NCBI GenBank assembly: GCA_950097015.1
Contig: CATNEN010000038.1
Location: 12,586,001 to 12,650,000 of the forward strand
DNA from: Macrostomum hystrix
Taxonomy: Eukaryota > Animalia > Platyhelminthes
DNA: 64,000 nt
Reading direction: 5' to 3'
The position numbers were made by a program, and so were the translations under genes. Below, piece after piece: positions 1-11,046 of the stretch. Under the pieces are notes generated by a model. That model saw nothing but the letters and a program-made list of their open reading frames with translations. It did not search any database and was not told the origin of the DNA. How positions within the stretch are numbered: position 1 is the stretch's first letter; the number at the start of each line of letters is the position of its first letter.

Positions 1-322
1 TTTTAAAACAATTGCTATGTCGAAAAGCGTGCATTAAACGGACAAAAATGTGCATTAAAAGCTTTTAGCCTATGATCAAGCGACCCGAAGCGCGCGAGTG
101 CCATAGACATTTAAGCAAGAAAAACCAAGTATTGTGTTCTATATTATTGCACCATCCGAATGTCTATGTTTAAAGTTATGGGTAGTTTAAGAAAGATAGT
201 CATAGCAAGCGGCGGCCATAGACATTCAAGGCGTGCAACAATCGGCATTTATTGGTAGACCTTATAATACCCCTCCAAATGATACTCGTACATAGATGAA
301 ATTACGGCTGCGTATAACTCAC

Positions 323-3300
323 TCATTCTTGTAGTCGTAGTATTTTACGCAGACGTTATCGATCTCTTGGTCGAAGCGCCGGCCCTTGTAGCCGCTGAGG
401 CAGCGAAACCGCAATGAGAAATTGTTAATTACTTCAACCATTGTAGCTGAGGGCGCCGGCGAGATTAGGTTGGCCTGACTGCCTGGCGTCTCATACTTGA
501 GCCAGCAGATGGGAGCTAAACGCAAAGCGGGTTGTCAGCATTTCGTTAAACTTATTTTTTTTAGAATATGTGGTCAAATTAAACACTTCCGTCTATCTCA
601 CGAATTAGATTTAACGGCTGGTGAATTGGAAGGTTGGAAGGGCAGACTTCTATTTGGTATACAATTCAATTATCCCAAAACGTTGCTTCAAGCTTAATGG
701 CTTACTGGCTTGGTTAATACTTAGCCTATGACAAAACAACTGAGCCCTTGATTCCCCGTTGCTACAGTTCACCCAGCCGTTAAAATGGGTACCAACATCA
801 GCTATGGTAGAAATTTTGGTGACTGTGGCGGCCTTTCCAGTCCGTGGACTAACCAACTGTACGCAGCTCTTCTGTACTTTTCTCTAAATAAAGAGAAAAA
901 TATTTACCTTGGCAGTTTGGTAGGATGACTCTAGCGCCAGAATTAAATATAATAGGAGAGCTAGCGGGTGGGCTCTTTCCACGCAATGTATATTGGACAG
1001 TCCAGTAGGCACCTGAGGTACACGTTAGGTAAGCCTGCGTCGAGCCTATGCTGCTTCTGTAGTAAAAGTCGTGAGAACCAACTAGGCAGGTAACATTAAA
1101 TTGAAAATCGGCGGTAAAATTGAAGGTGGAGTTGAGTCCGGGATTTTTTATTTCGTATCGATGAGTTGGATCGAATTCCGGAGTTTCTGGACAAATAATC
1201 ACTGAAATTAATGGAAATGATTTTCCGTTAGCAGACTTGCAACTAAATGAGTCTAAGAGGCTTTCTGCGGTCTGCAGACATGCGCTAATCATACCTTCGC
1301 ACTCGAGAACCGGCTCCGATACCAGTTTGGGCCCCAGCTTCACTGACGGCCCGTTGCCAACGCTCCAGTAGGTCGCCAGCCAGCCATTGAATCCGCAGCT
1401 AAGATTTACCTTATTAACCAGACTGCCAGTGTCCACGATGCGGTAGCCCTTGGCTCCTGAGCACTCGTAGGTGAGGTTGGCATTGAACGAATTCGGATGT
1501 TTGAGCACACCAGAAGTGGTGCTAGTCAAGTTCATTGTCACTGAATCGGACGGTCGGCTGCATAGGAAAGCTGAAAGTGTTTAGACGAGTACTGTTGTTA
1601 AATACTCGTAATTTCCAACTGAAGTGCAGATCTGTAAGAAGCCCTCCACTCAAGGGCACAATAGCAAGTGAAACTTCTAGACACTGACGAATGCATTTTG
1701 GTGGTGACATCGGCACGTTGCCAAGAAGCTCTTCTGGCTGCACTTGATTTGGCCGGGAGTCGCCCTCTGTGAAGAATGTACGCGACCAGCCTTTGCCTTC
1801 GACGCAGTCGAGGCGTAGCCAGTTCGAAGCGTTGCTGTTTTCAAAAAGTGCACCTTGTCCTGCACGGCAGGTGACGTTCACGTGACTGCCAACTGCGTTG
1901 ATTGGACTGGCTGGGTTGCTCGAGTTGTACACGTAGCTATTTAGATCGATAGTCAGACTGGCGCACACGGTGTCTGCGGGGATTTTAGATCGGGATTTGA
2001 TGTTTCACGGATCTAAAATGCTCCGAATACGAGCTGACAGAAAGCGTCCTGCAACAACTACAGAACAATGTCCTGCAAGAGCTACACAACAACGTCCTGC
2101 AAGAGCTATAGAACAACGTCCTGCAAGAGCTACATAACTTCGACTTGCAACAACTACAGAAGGGCAAGCAACAGCTACAGAACAACGTCCTGCAACTGCA
2201 ACAGAACGTTCTGTTTAACGACAAGTCACTGTTCAAACAACAATATACGATAGCCAATAAAAAATATTTCCATGCGGCATTGCAAATTGTTCCCCAACAA
2301 ACCAAAAGCGTCATAAACTGAGAAGTAGCCCAAAGGCCCGCTATCGGCAGTGGCAACCCCGCCGCAATACTCTGAGGCGTCGCACAACGACAGGCATCGG
2401 AAGTTGCGGGCCTCAAGAGACTGTCGGTTTAGCACGAACGGAAAGGTTTCATTGGAGTCTGAGCTGGGCACAATGTTAGACGTGCTTAGGTTGAAGCAGT
2501 AGCAGCTGCTGTAGTTGGCCGCTGCAAGCTGGTAATTTTGGTAGTAGCAGGTGCGTCGGCAGCTGCTGACAGACATCGGGACTTCGAGTCCGTTGATCCA
2601 GCGGATCGAGGAGCCGTTCACTCTGTTCAGGATCTCCGGCCACGAGAAGCAGCCGCGGTAGTAGGATTGGTCTGCGGCGGCGCGGGGTGCGTTGTGTTGC
2701 GCGGTAATTGTAAATCTAAACCAAACTAATCAATCAGATACAAGCGTATACCTGTCTTTTTCGTAAATAAAAAGCACCGTACTCACATCTACACGTGTTG
2801 GGATCAGATGCTCTCGTGAAGTCGTAATCGGCCGACCACTTCATCATGTTACGCCTGAAATCAAAGAGAAATTGTAATAATGTGGAAAAAAATTGCTGTT
2901 GATGAATTTGATTAGAAATGCTATTCAGAATCACCTGTTCACGCTGTCGTATTCCACCTGACAAACGCTGCTGGTCTCTAGATCAAAGTTTCGAAATTTA
3001 TAGCCGCTCATGCAGCGAAATCGTACAGTGAAGCCCGCAACTGCCTCCAGTCTATTAACTGACGGCTTCGACGAGATCAGCTGCGACTGCGGACCCGGGG
3101 TGGCGAAATCAGTCCAACATATGCGATCTGCAGTTTTGGTTTGACCCCGGTGAGTCAGTGTACTCAGAGTGACTGGAGTGAGTCAGTGTACTCAAGAGTG
3201 GCTGGAGTGAGTCAGTCTACTCAGAGTGACTGGAGTGAGTCAGTCTAATCAGAGTGACTGGAGTGAGTCAGTCTAATCAGAGTGACTGGAGTGAGTCAGT

Positions 3301-6251
3301 CTACTCAGAGTGACTGGAGTGAGTCAGTCTAATCAGAGTGACTGGAGTGAGTCAGTCTACTCAGAGTGACTGGAGTGAGTCAGTGTACTCAGAGTGACTG
3401 GAGTGAGTCAGTCTACTCAGAGTGACTGGAGTGAGTCAGTCTACTCAGAGTGACTGGAGTGAGTCAGTCTAATCAGAGTGACTGGAGTGAGTCAGTCTAA
3501 TCAGAGTGACTGGAGTGAGTCAGTCTACTCAGAGTGACTGGAGTGAGTCAGTCTAATCAGAGTGACTGGAGTGAGTCAGTCTACTCAGAGTGACTGGAGT
3601 GAGTCAGTCTACTCAGAGTGACTGGAGTGAGTCAGTGTACTCAGAGTGACTGGAGTGAGTCAGTCTAATCAGAGTGACTGGAGTGAGTCAGTCTACTCAG
3701 AGTGACTGGAGTGAGTCAGTCTAATCAGAGTGACTGGAGTGAGTCAGTCTACTCAGAGTGACTGGAGTGAGTCAGTCTACTCAGAGTGACTGGAGTGAGT
3801 CAGTGTACTCAGAGTGACTGGAGTGAGTCAGTCTACTCAGAGTGACTGGAGTGAGTCAGTGTACTCAGAGTGACTGGAGTGAGTCAGTCTACTCAGAGTG
3901 ACTGGAGTGAGTCAGTCTACTCAGAGTGACTAGAATGAGTCAGTGTACTCAGAGTGACTAGAATGAGTCAGTGTACTCAGAGTCATTGCTGTTCTGAATA
4001 ATTCAGCTCAGATGGCTTCAATTTCCAAATTGAAGTTGCCAACCTGTACATGGAGGCAGAATACCCTGGGCTGCATTGACAGAGTTGTCAACGTAGTTGG
4101 TAGGCGCCTCTCCCAGAAGGTGATAGGTGATTCTCCAGGTTCCGGCAGAGGTGCAGAGCATGTCAGCCCGCACCGAGCCAACGCTGCTTCTGCGATAAAA
4201 CTCCTGAGTATCATTGGCGCAGGCCACCTGAAACGTGGCATCCACTGAGTAGTTTAGACTAGCGTTCAGGCCCGGTCCGACCTGCTCATTAAGGTGAGTC
4301 GAGTCAGGCTGAGGAACTCGGCATTCGATCACTAGAATGATGGGAACAGAACGCTTGTATGCTCAAAGACTTGTCTCAATTAGGAAAAAAATTGGCGACG
4401 TCGTTTAAGTTTCGACTTATACTCTTAAGCAATGACAAACTGAAACTCATAAGCAATGACCAACTGAAACTACTGAACAATGAGCAACTGAAACTCATAA
4501 GCAATGACAAACTGAAACTACTGAACAATGAGCAACTGAAACTACTGAACAATGAGCAACTGAAACTACTGAACAATGAGCAACTGAAACTACTGAACAA
4601 TGAGCAACTGAAACTACTGAACAATGACCAAGTGAAACTACTGAACAATGACCAAGTGAAACTACTGAACAATGACCAAGTGAAACTACTGAACAATGAC
4701 CAAGTGAAACTACTTAACAATGACCAAGTGAAACTACTGAACAATGACCAAGTGAAACTACTGAACAATGAACAAGTGAAACTACTTAACAATGACCAAC
4801 TGAAACTACTGAACAATGACCAAGTGAAACTACTGAACAATGACCAACTGAAACTGAACAATTACCAACTGAAACTGAACAATGACCAACTGAAACTGAA
4901 CAATGACCAACTGAAACTGAACAATGACCAAGTGAAACTACTGAACAATGACCAACTGTAACTCCGAATCAAGTGAAACTCCTGAGCAATTACCAGGTGA
5001 TTACAAGTATTTGCGTGGGTCACACGCCCCCAGTCCATGGGCTGTACAGCTGCACAATTGGCCGCTTACCTTCGCAATTGATGTCGGGTTCAACAATCAA
5101 CTGGCTGGGCAGAGACACCGCGGCCAGGCCGTTGCCGAAGCTCCAGAATTCCACTGTCCAGCCGTTGAGTCCGCAGCTGAAGTTGGCAGCGTTTGCCAGG
5201 CTGCGAGTCCCGGAGATTCTGTAGCCACGGAGGCTAGGACACTGGTACACCAGCTTGGCACCGTAAGAATTTGTCTGGCTTTGAATACCCAGCTCTGACA
5301 CCGTGATGTTCATGGACTTCGAGCTGATGGGCTGGCACAGGTGAGCTGGTGTTACGGGAGAGTGGAGTGCTCAATGCGACTGCCTGACTGAAACTCAATA
5401 ACATTGACCAACTGAATCTCACAAACAATGACCACCTGATACTCATTAACAAATTCAACCCAGTCAAGTAAAAGCCCTCAAACTCAGAGTTCAACTTACG
5501 GGTGCATGTCGGCAGACTGATGTCAGCAAAGCCGAGCAGCTCAGCGGGCTGAACATTCGTCGGTTTCTCTTCGCCATCAGTCATGGTGAAGAACGTTCTG
5601 GACCAGCCATCGGCCTCCAGACAGTCGAGGCGCAGCCAGTTCGATTGGCTGCTGTTGGCAAAGATGAAGCCAGCGCCACCTCTGCATGTGACGTTTAAGT
5701 GGCTGTCGAAGCTGTTGAATGGCCCATCTGGGTTGCTAGGGCTGTACCGATACTGGCTGGTATCTATGCTCAGGTTTGAGCACCCGGTGGTACCTGATTG
5801 AATAATGCAAAAAAGAAATGCAAAATCATAAATTCGGACTTTATTGATTGAAAGCTAATTTGCTGATTGGTTGAATGATGCGAGGCCGCATTCATTCGGG
5901 GCGCAGCCGCAGAGGGAAGGCTTGTGTGCAAGTCGTGCTATTTGCACTCTACGCTCGTAATCTAAAAGCACAGTGAAAGTCGACTGTCGCTTCGAGCGTC
6001 AGTGCCCGCAGCCTCAATTTTAAATTTTTTTTTCTAACAGGTGACACCTCGTATTGGCATTGTGTCAGACAGAGACAGGTAAGAGGCAGGTAAGAGGTCT
6101 GGGTGACCGTGGGACTTTGGATTCGAGCAGATTTAAGCACTCCAATTTGCCATCGAAACTCACTACTAAACGAAGCGTAGCCACGGGCGACTGGCAACAG
6201 CAGCAGCAGCAGCAGCAGAAGCTGTCGAAGAAGTCGAATCGGCTGATTCAT
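323..6251 (-). CDS. Secreted/cell-surface protein with a duplicated cassette of sushi/CCP-like Cys domains and a WSC domain (3' end unresolved)
   Basis: Signal-peptide exon 6251-6164 (MNQPIRLLRQLLLLLLLLLPVARG). Phase-compatible GT-AG exons follow: 5793-5500, 5345-5070, 4331-4044, 3127-2935, 2854-2787, 2671-2303 (WSC: YYRGCF..MSVSSCRRTC..CYC..CGG..SVY), 1973-1689, 1570-1295, 1201-908, 515-323. The second set of exons is homologous to the first (NWLRLDC, LxYxC..GYRI, FRCxSGYK). Possible small exons at 600-850 are unresolved. Confidence 0.8.
2046..2212. repeat. Intronic minisatellite, ~24-bp unit
   Basis: gtcctgcaagagctacagaacaac, ~7 degenerate copies. Confidence 0.85.
3150..3983. repeat. Intronic minisatellite, 28-bp unit
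   Basis: gtgagtcagtctactcagagtgactgga, ~30 copies. Confidence 0.97.
4428..4957. repeat. Intronic minisatellite, 24-bp unit
   Basis: caatgaccaagtgaaactactgaa. Confidence 0.96.
5884..5945 (+). mobile_element. 5'-truncated SINE fragment
   Basis: ggccgcattcattcggggcgcagccgcagagggaaggctt aligns with 16101-16140. Confidence 0.55.
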
Positions 6252-6452
6252 GAAGATGCCACCAAAAAATGGCAGAGAGCAAAGGAGAGACTTCGAAAAA
6301 AAGTGGCAGAGACACTTTAAATTAGTGGCGCAGCTGCAGGCAATTTAGCAGCTCCTGAGTGCTTTAACAAGCAAAGCAATAGAAACATTTTTAACTGCTG
6401 AAAAATACCTGCTAATACCTCTGACGCCTTGTTTGAGCGTCAAAGCTCAACG

Positions 6453-6467
6453 GTTGCTATGGGCAAC
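6453..6467. promoter_or_regulatory. RFX X-box-like palindrome
   Basis: GTTGCTATGGGCAAC fits GTNRCN-N0-3-RGYAAC, ~200 bp upstream of the CCP/WSC gene ATG. Confidence 0.55.
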
Positions 6468-6979
6468 CTGAGGCCCAGCTTCTGACAAGCATAAGAAGAT
6501 GGCTTGCGCACTGGGGCGGGTTGTGGGTAAGCACATTGTTCAAGGGATTTCATGCGAAGCACAAGAAACTCTCTCCGGTTAGTAATTAGCATGCAGTCCC
6601 CGGTGGCTTCAGACTGGAATTCAGCTTCAGGATTTCAGACTAGCTTTTGAGATAACTTGCGACATACATGAGAATACATGAGAGCAGCTTGGAATGGGTC
6701 CAAGGTAAACTGCAGGTTTTAGTTGAGCGTTGCCAAGTGCAGAATAGACACTTTTTGTATAGAATAATACTAGTAATGTGAAATTCTACATGATGACCCG
6801 CATAGGTTGTAAAACAGAAAACCATTATCATTGCATAATCTCAACATCTAGGAAAATAGAAAAATAGGACTTTGGGGGAAGATTAGGATGTTCAGAGAGG
6901 CCGATATGGGGAGTTATAGACATTAGAAAATGGGATATTTGGATATTGGAAATGGGGGATATCGGGTGATGGGCCGAAG

Positions 6980-7180
6980 GATGATGAAGGAAGAGTTGGG
7001 GAGATAAAGAGTGAGAAGGGGAGATGAAGGGAGAGTAGGGGAGATGGAGGGAGAGTAGGGGGGATGAAGGGAGAGAAGTGGAGATTAAGGGAGAGAAGGG
7101 GAGATGAAAACAGAGAGGAGGGGAGATGAAGGGAGAGTAGGGGAGATAAAGAGAGAGTAGGGGAGATGAAGGAATAGTAG
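6980..7180. repeat. GA-rich ~19-20-bp tandem repeat
   Basis: ggggagatgaagggagagta-like units. Confidence 0.8.
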
Positions 7181-7739
7181 GAGATGGGACATTGGGAGAT
7201 GGGAATATTAGAAGATAGGGATATCGGACGATGCAGATGGTGTTTGAGACAGGTAGATTAAGATGCTGGGTCGTAGGAAACGGGTGAAGGGAAAATGGGA
7301 GAAAATCTGAGTTAGCGACACCCTGAGGCGCAGTCTCAAAGCCATGAAGCTTTAAAATGATTGCTTAAACAGACCACATATACATGTACTTGATGAGGCC
7401 TGTAGTTGTTAAAGTTAGAGATGTTTCATTAGCAACCAGCTAGCAACCAAATCGACATCAGCAGCAGCAGCAGCAGCTTTCGCTAGAAGAATTCAAAGAA
7501 GTAGCAGGAGGTGACAATTGAATTGCTGAGTAGTAAAATGTTCAGCTGACAATCGACTACAAGCTGAGTTGGCAGCACAAATGAGTGGCTACGAGCGTAA
7601 GGCAGTTTAAATTGTTGCCACTTGGCTTGCCACTTTTCACGTCGCTTTTTGTAGAGTAATTTGTAGGCCATGAGTTGCTCTTTGTGACTTGCCAGACTTT
7701 TCTTTTCGTCTTCATGGGAGAGTGGGAAACAGGGAAGAG

Positions 7740-8525
7740 AATGGGAGATAAGGTGAGATGAAGGAAGATAAGAGGAGATGAAGGAAGAGAAGTGGAGATG
7801 AAGGAAGAGAAGGTGAGATGAAGGAAGAGAAGAGGAGATGAAGGAAGATAAGAGGAGATGAAGGAAGATAAGAGGAGATGAAGGAAGAGAAGTGGAGATG
7901 AAGGAAGAGAAGGTGAGATGAAGGAAGATAAGAGGAGATGAAGGAAGATAAGAGGAGATGAAGGAAGATAAGAGGAGATGAAGGAAGATAAGAGGAGATG
8001 AAGGAAGAGAAGAGGAGATGAAGGAAGAGAAGAGGAGATGAAGGAAGAGAAGAGGAGATGAAGGAAGAGAAGAGGAGATGAAGGAAGAGAAGAGGAGATG
8101 AAGGAAGATAAGAGGAGATGAAGGAAGAGAAGTGGAGATGAAGGAAGATAAGGGGAGATGAAGGAAGATAAGAGGAGATGAAGGAAGAGAAGTGAAGATG
8201 AAGGGAGAGACGTGGAGATGAAGGGAGAGAAGTGGAGATGAAGGAATAGAAGTGGAGATGAAGGGAGAGACGTGGAGATGAAGGGAGAGAAGTGGAGATG
8301 AAGGAATAGAAGTGGAGATGAAGGGAGAGAAGTGGAGATGAAGGGAGAGAAGTGGAGATGAAGGAATAGAAGTGGAGATGAAGGGAGAGAAGTGGAGATG
8401 AAGGGAGAGAAGTGGAGATGAAGGGAGAGAAGTGGAGATGAAGGAAGATAAGAGGAGATGAAGGAATAGAAGTGGAGAAGTGGAGAGAAGTGGAGATGAA
8501 GGGAGAGAAGTGGAGATAAATGGAG
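7740..8525. repeat. GA-rich 20-bp minisatellite
   Basis: aaggaagagaagaggagatg, ~38 copies. Confidence 0.96.
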
Positions 8526-9029
8526 AGAACGGAAGATAAATTAATCAAAGAACGATAACTATAGCGAGAAGAAAAAAATCAAGTCCCATACGCATGATAT
8601 GAATTGACTAATTTACAATCAATCGATTTAGAAGCCCTTAATCACCTTTCATCGAAATTCACCCAGGTATAACAGAAAGACCGAATAGCCAATAATGTTT
8701 GTGATAACGCAACACCAGACAACCGCTAAATAATAAAAGCTATTCAGAAGTACACTGATTCCCGCATCACAGTCGTGGTGAACATATATTTACTCAACTG
8801 ATGCATTGAGACATTTCATGGCACTGTGCTCACCAATGTAGAGAAAAAACGCGTAAACAATAAAAAGTCTGAAAAAGGTAGTTTGTGTGACACCTGCAAA
8901 TTACCATCTTTATAGTAAACAGGGTGCGGCCAGAGTGATGCGAGGAAGCACAGAAACATGGCTGATGACTTAGCTACCAGACTGGTACTGAGCAGGGGAG
9001 AAGCTGCGTATACGTGGTAGCTTGGAAGA

Positions 9030-9830
9030 ATGAGACTGGGAGAACATTATAGGAAGAATTGGATAGTGAGAATGGAATAGGGGGGATTGGGAGAATGGGA
9101 TTGGAAGAATTAGGGAGAATGGGATTGGGATAATGGGATTGGGACAATGGGATTGGGACAATGGGATTGGGAGAGTGGGATTGGGATAATGGGATTGGGA
9201 GAATTCGGATTTGTAGAATTGGATCGGGAGAATGGGATTGGGAGAATTGGATTGGGAGAATGGGATTGGGAGAATGGGATTGGGAGAATTGGATCGGGAT
9301 AATTCGGATTGGTAGAATTGGATTGGGAGAATGGGATTGGGAGAATGGGATTGGGAGAATGGGATTGGGAGAATTGGATCGGGATAATTCGGATTGGTAG
9401 AATTGGATCGGGAGAATGGGATTGGGAGAATGGGATTGGGAGAATGGGATTGGGAGAATTGGATCGGGATAATTCGGATTGGTAGAATTGGATCGGGAGA
9501 ATGGGATTGGGAGAATGGGATTGGGAGAATGGGATTGGGAGAATTGGATCGGGATAATTCGGATTGGTAGAATTGGATCGGGAGAATGGGATTGGGAGAA
9601 TGGGATTGGGAGAATGGGATTGGGAGAATTGGATCGGGATAATTCGGATTGGTAGAATTGGATCGGGAGAATGGGATTGGGAGAATGGGATTGGGAGAAT
9701 GGGATTGGGATAATTCGGATTGGTAGAATTGGATCGGGAGAATGGGATTGGGAGAATGGGATTGGGAGAATGGGATTGGGAGAATTAGGGAGATTGAGAT
9801 TGGGAGAATCGGATAGGGAGAATTGAAAAT
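9030..9830. repeat. 14-bp minisatellite with higher-order structure
   Basis: gggattgggagaat units grouped in recurring larger blocks. Confidence 0.95.
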
Positions 9831-10384
9831 GGAGAAAGGATAAGGATAATCACATATACGGAGAAGGAAATTTGAATAAGAACAATGAAATAGAGCTAAT
9901 AGGACAGGAAAAGAATAGAAAAAACATATAGCAAAGAAGCAATCGAAAGTCTCTACACCCTACTTAGCATGGGAAGTATTGCAAGCCACATTCATTAGTA
10001 ATTCGCATTTTGGCAGCGCGGATATGCAAATTAATCAACAGAAACATTTGGTATAAGGCACACTTGCGTAACTTGTGAGTTAACAGTGCTACTAAAACTA
10101 CATGTAAACTAATGCATGAAAACGGTATCAACACTTGACAACAACAAAAACAAAGTATATAAAAGCAAAATAGTGCACGACCTTCCTGTGACCCATAAAA
10201 AATATCGCAAGGCATTAGCGAAACAACTTTCTAAACTATAAAATAAAATATTGTTTGATCAGGAAACAAGTAAAACTAGTAGAAAAAGAAACTAGAATTG
10301 TAATAAGTAGCAAATATTTAGCAACCGTCTAAACATTAATGGCCATAGATTCAACCTGGGATTACTAGCTTAAAATAATATCCT

Positions 10385-10970
10385 GGGAGAATAGCGAACT
10401 CAAACATGATGATTTGGGGGAAAAGGAACTCAAACCAGAGAATCTGGGAGAAAAGGAACTCAAACCGAAGGATCTGGGAGAAAAGGAACTTAAACTGAAG
10501 GATCTGGGAGAAAAGGAACTTAAACTGAAGGATCTGGGAGAAAAGGAACTTAAACTGAAGGATTTGAGAGAAAAGGAACTCAAACCAGAGGATCAGAGAG
10601 AAAGGGAACTCAATCCGGAGGATCAGAGAGAAAAGGAACTCAAACCAGAGGATCAGAGAGAAAAGGAACTCAATCCGGAGGATCAGAGAGAAAAGGAACT
10701 CAAACCGGAGGATCAGAGAGAAAAGGAACTCAATCCGGAGGATCATAGAGAAAAGGAACTCAAACCGGAGGATCTGGGAGAAAAGGAACTCAATCCGGAG
10801 GATCTGGGAGAAAAGGAACTCAATCCGGAGGATCTGGGAGAAAAGGAACTCAAACCGGAGGATCAGAGAGAAAAGGAACTCAATCCGGAGGATCTGTGAG
10901 AAAACGAACTCAAACCGGAGGATCTGGGAGAAAAGTACTCGAATTTGAGCATCTAGGAGAAAAGGACTCA
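10385..10970. repeat. 30-bp minisatellite
   Basis: gatcagagagaaaaggaactcaaaccggag. Confidence 0.95.
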
Positions 10971-11046
10971 AACATTAGCATATGTAAGAATATGAACTCA
11001 ATTGTCAGATGCAAATGATTCGCACAAAGACAAAGAATCATCAGGG

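Noticed and set aside
3150-3983. CRISPR-like regular repeats
   Set aside because: Head-to-tail units with no unique spacers, no cas genes, and a eukaryotic context.
6041-6078. Plus-strand mini-exon with strong splice signals (tttctaacag...gtaaga)
   Set aside because: No partner exons or ORF found on the + strand; it lies beside a SINE fragment.
8936-8992. C/D snoRNA or hammerhead core (CTGATGA...CTGA)
   Set aside because: The boxes are too close together, with no terminal stem or GAAA core.
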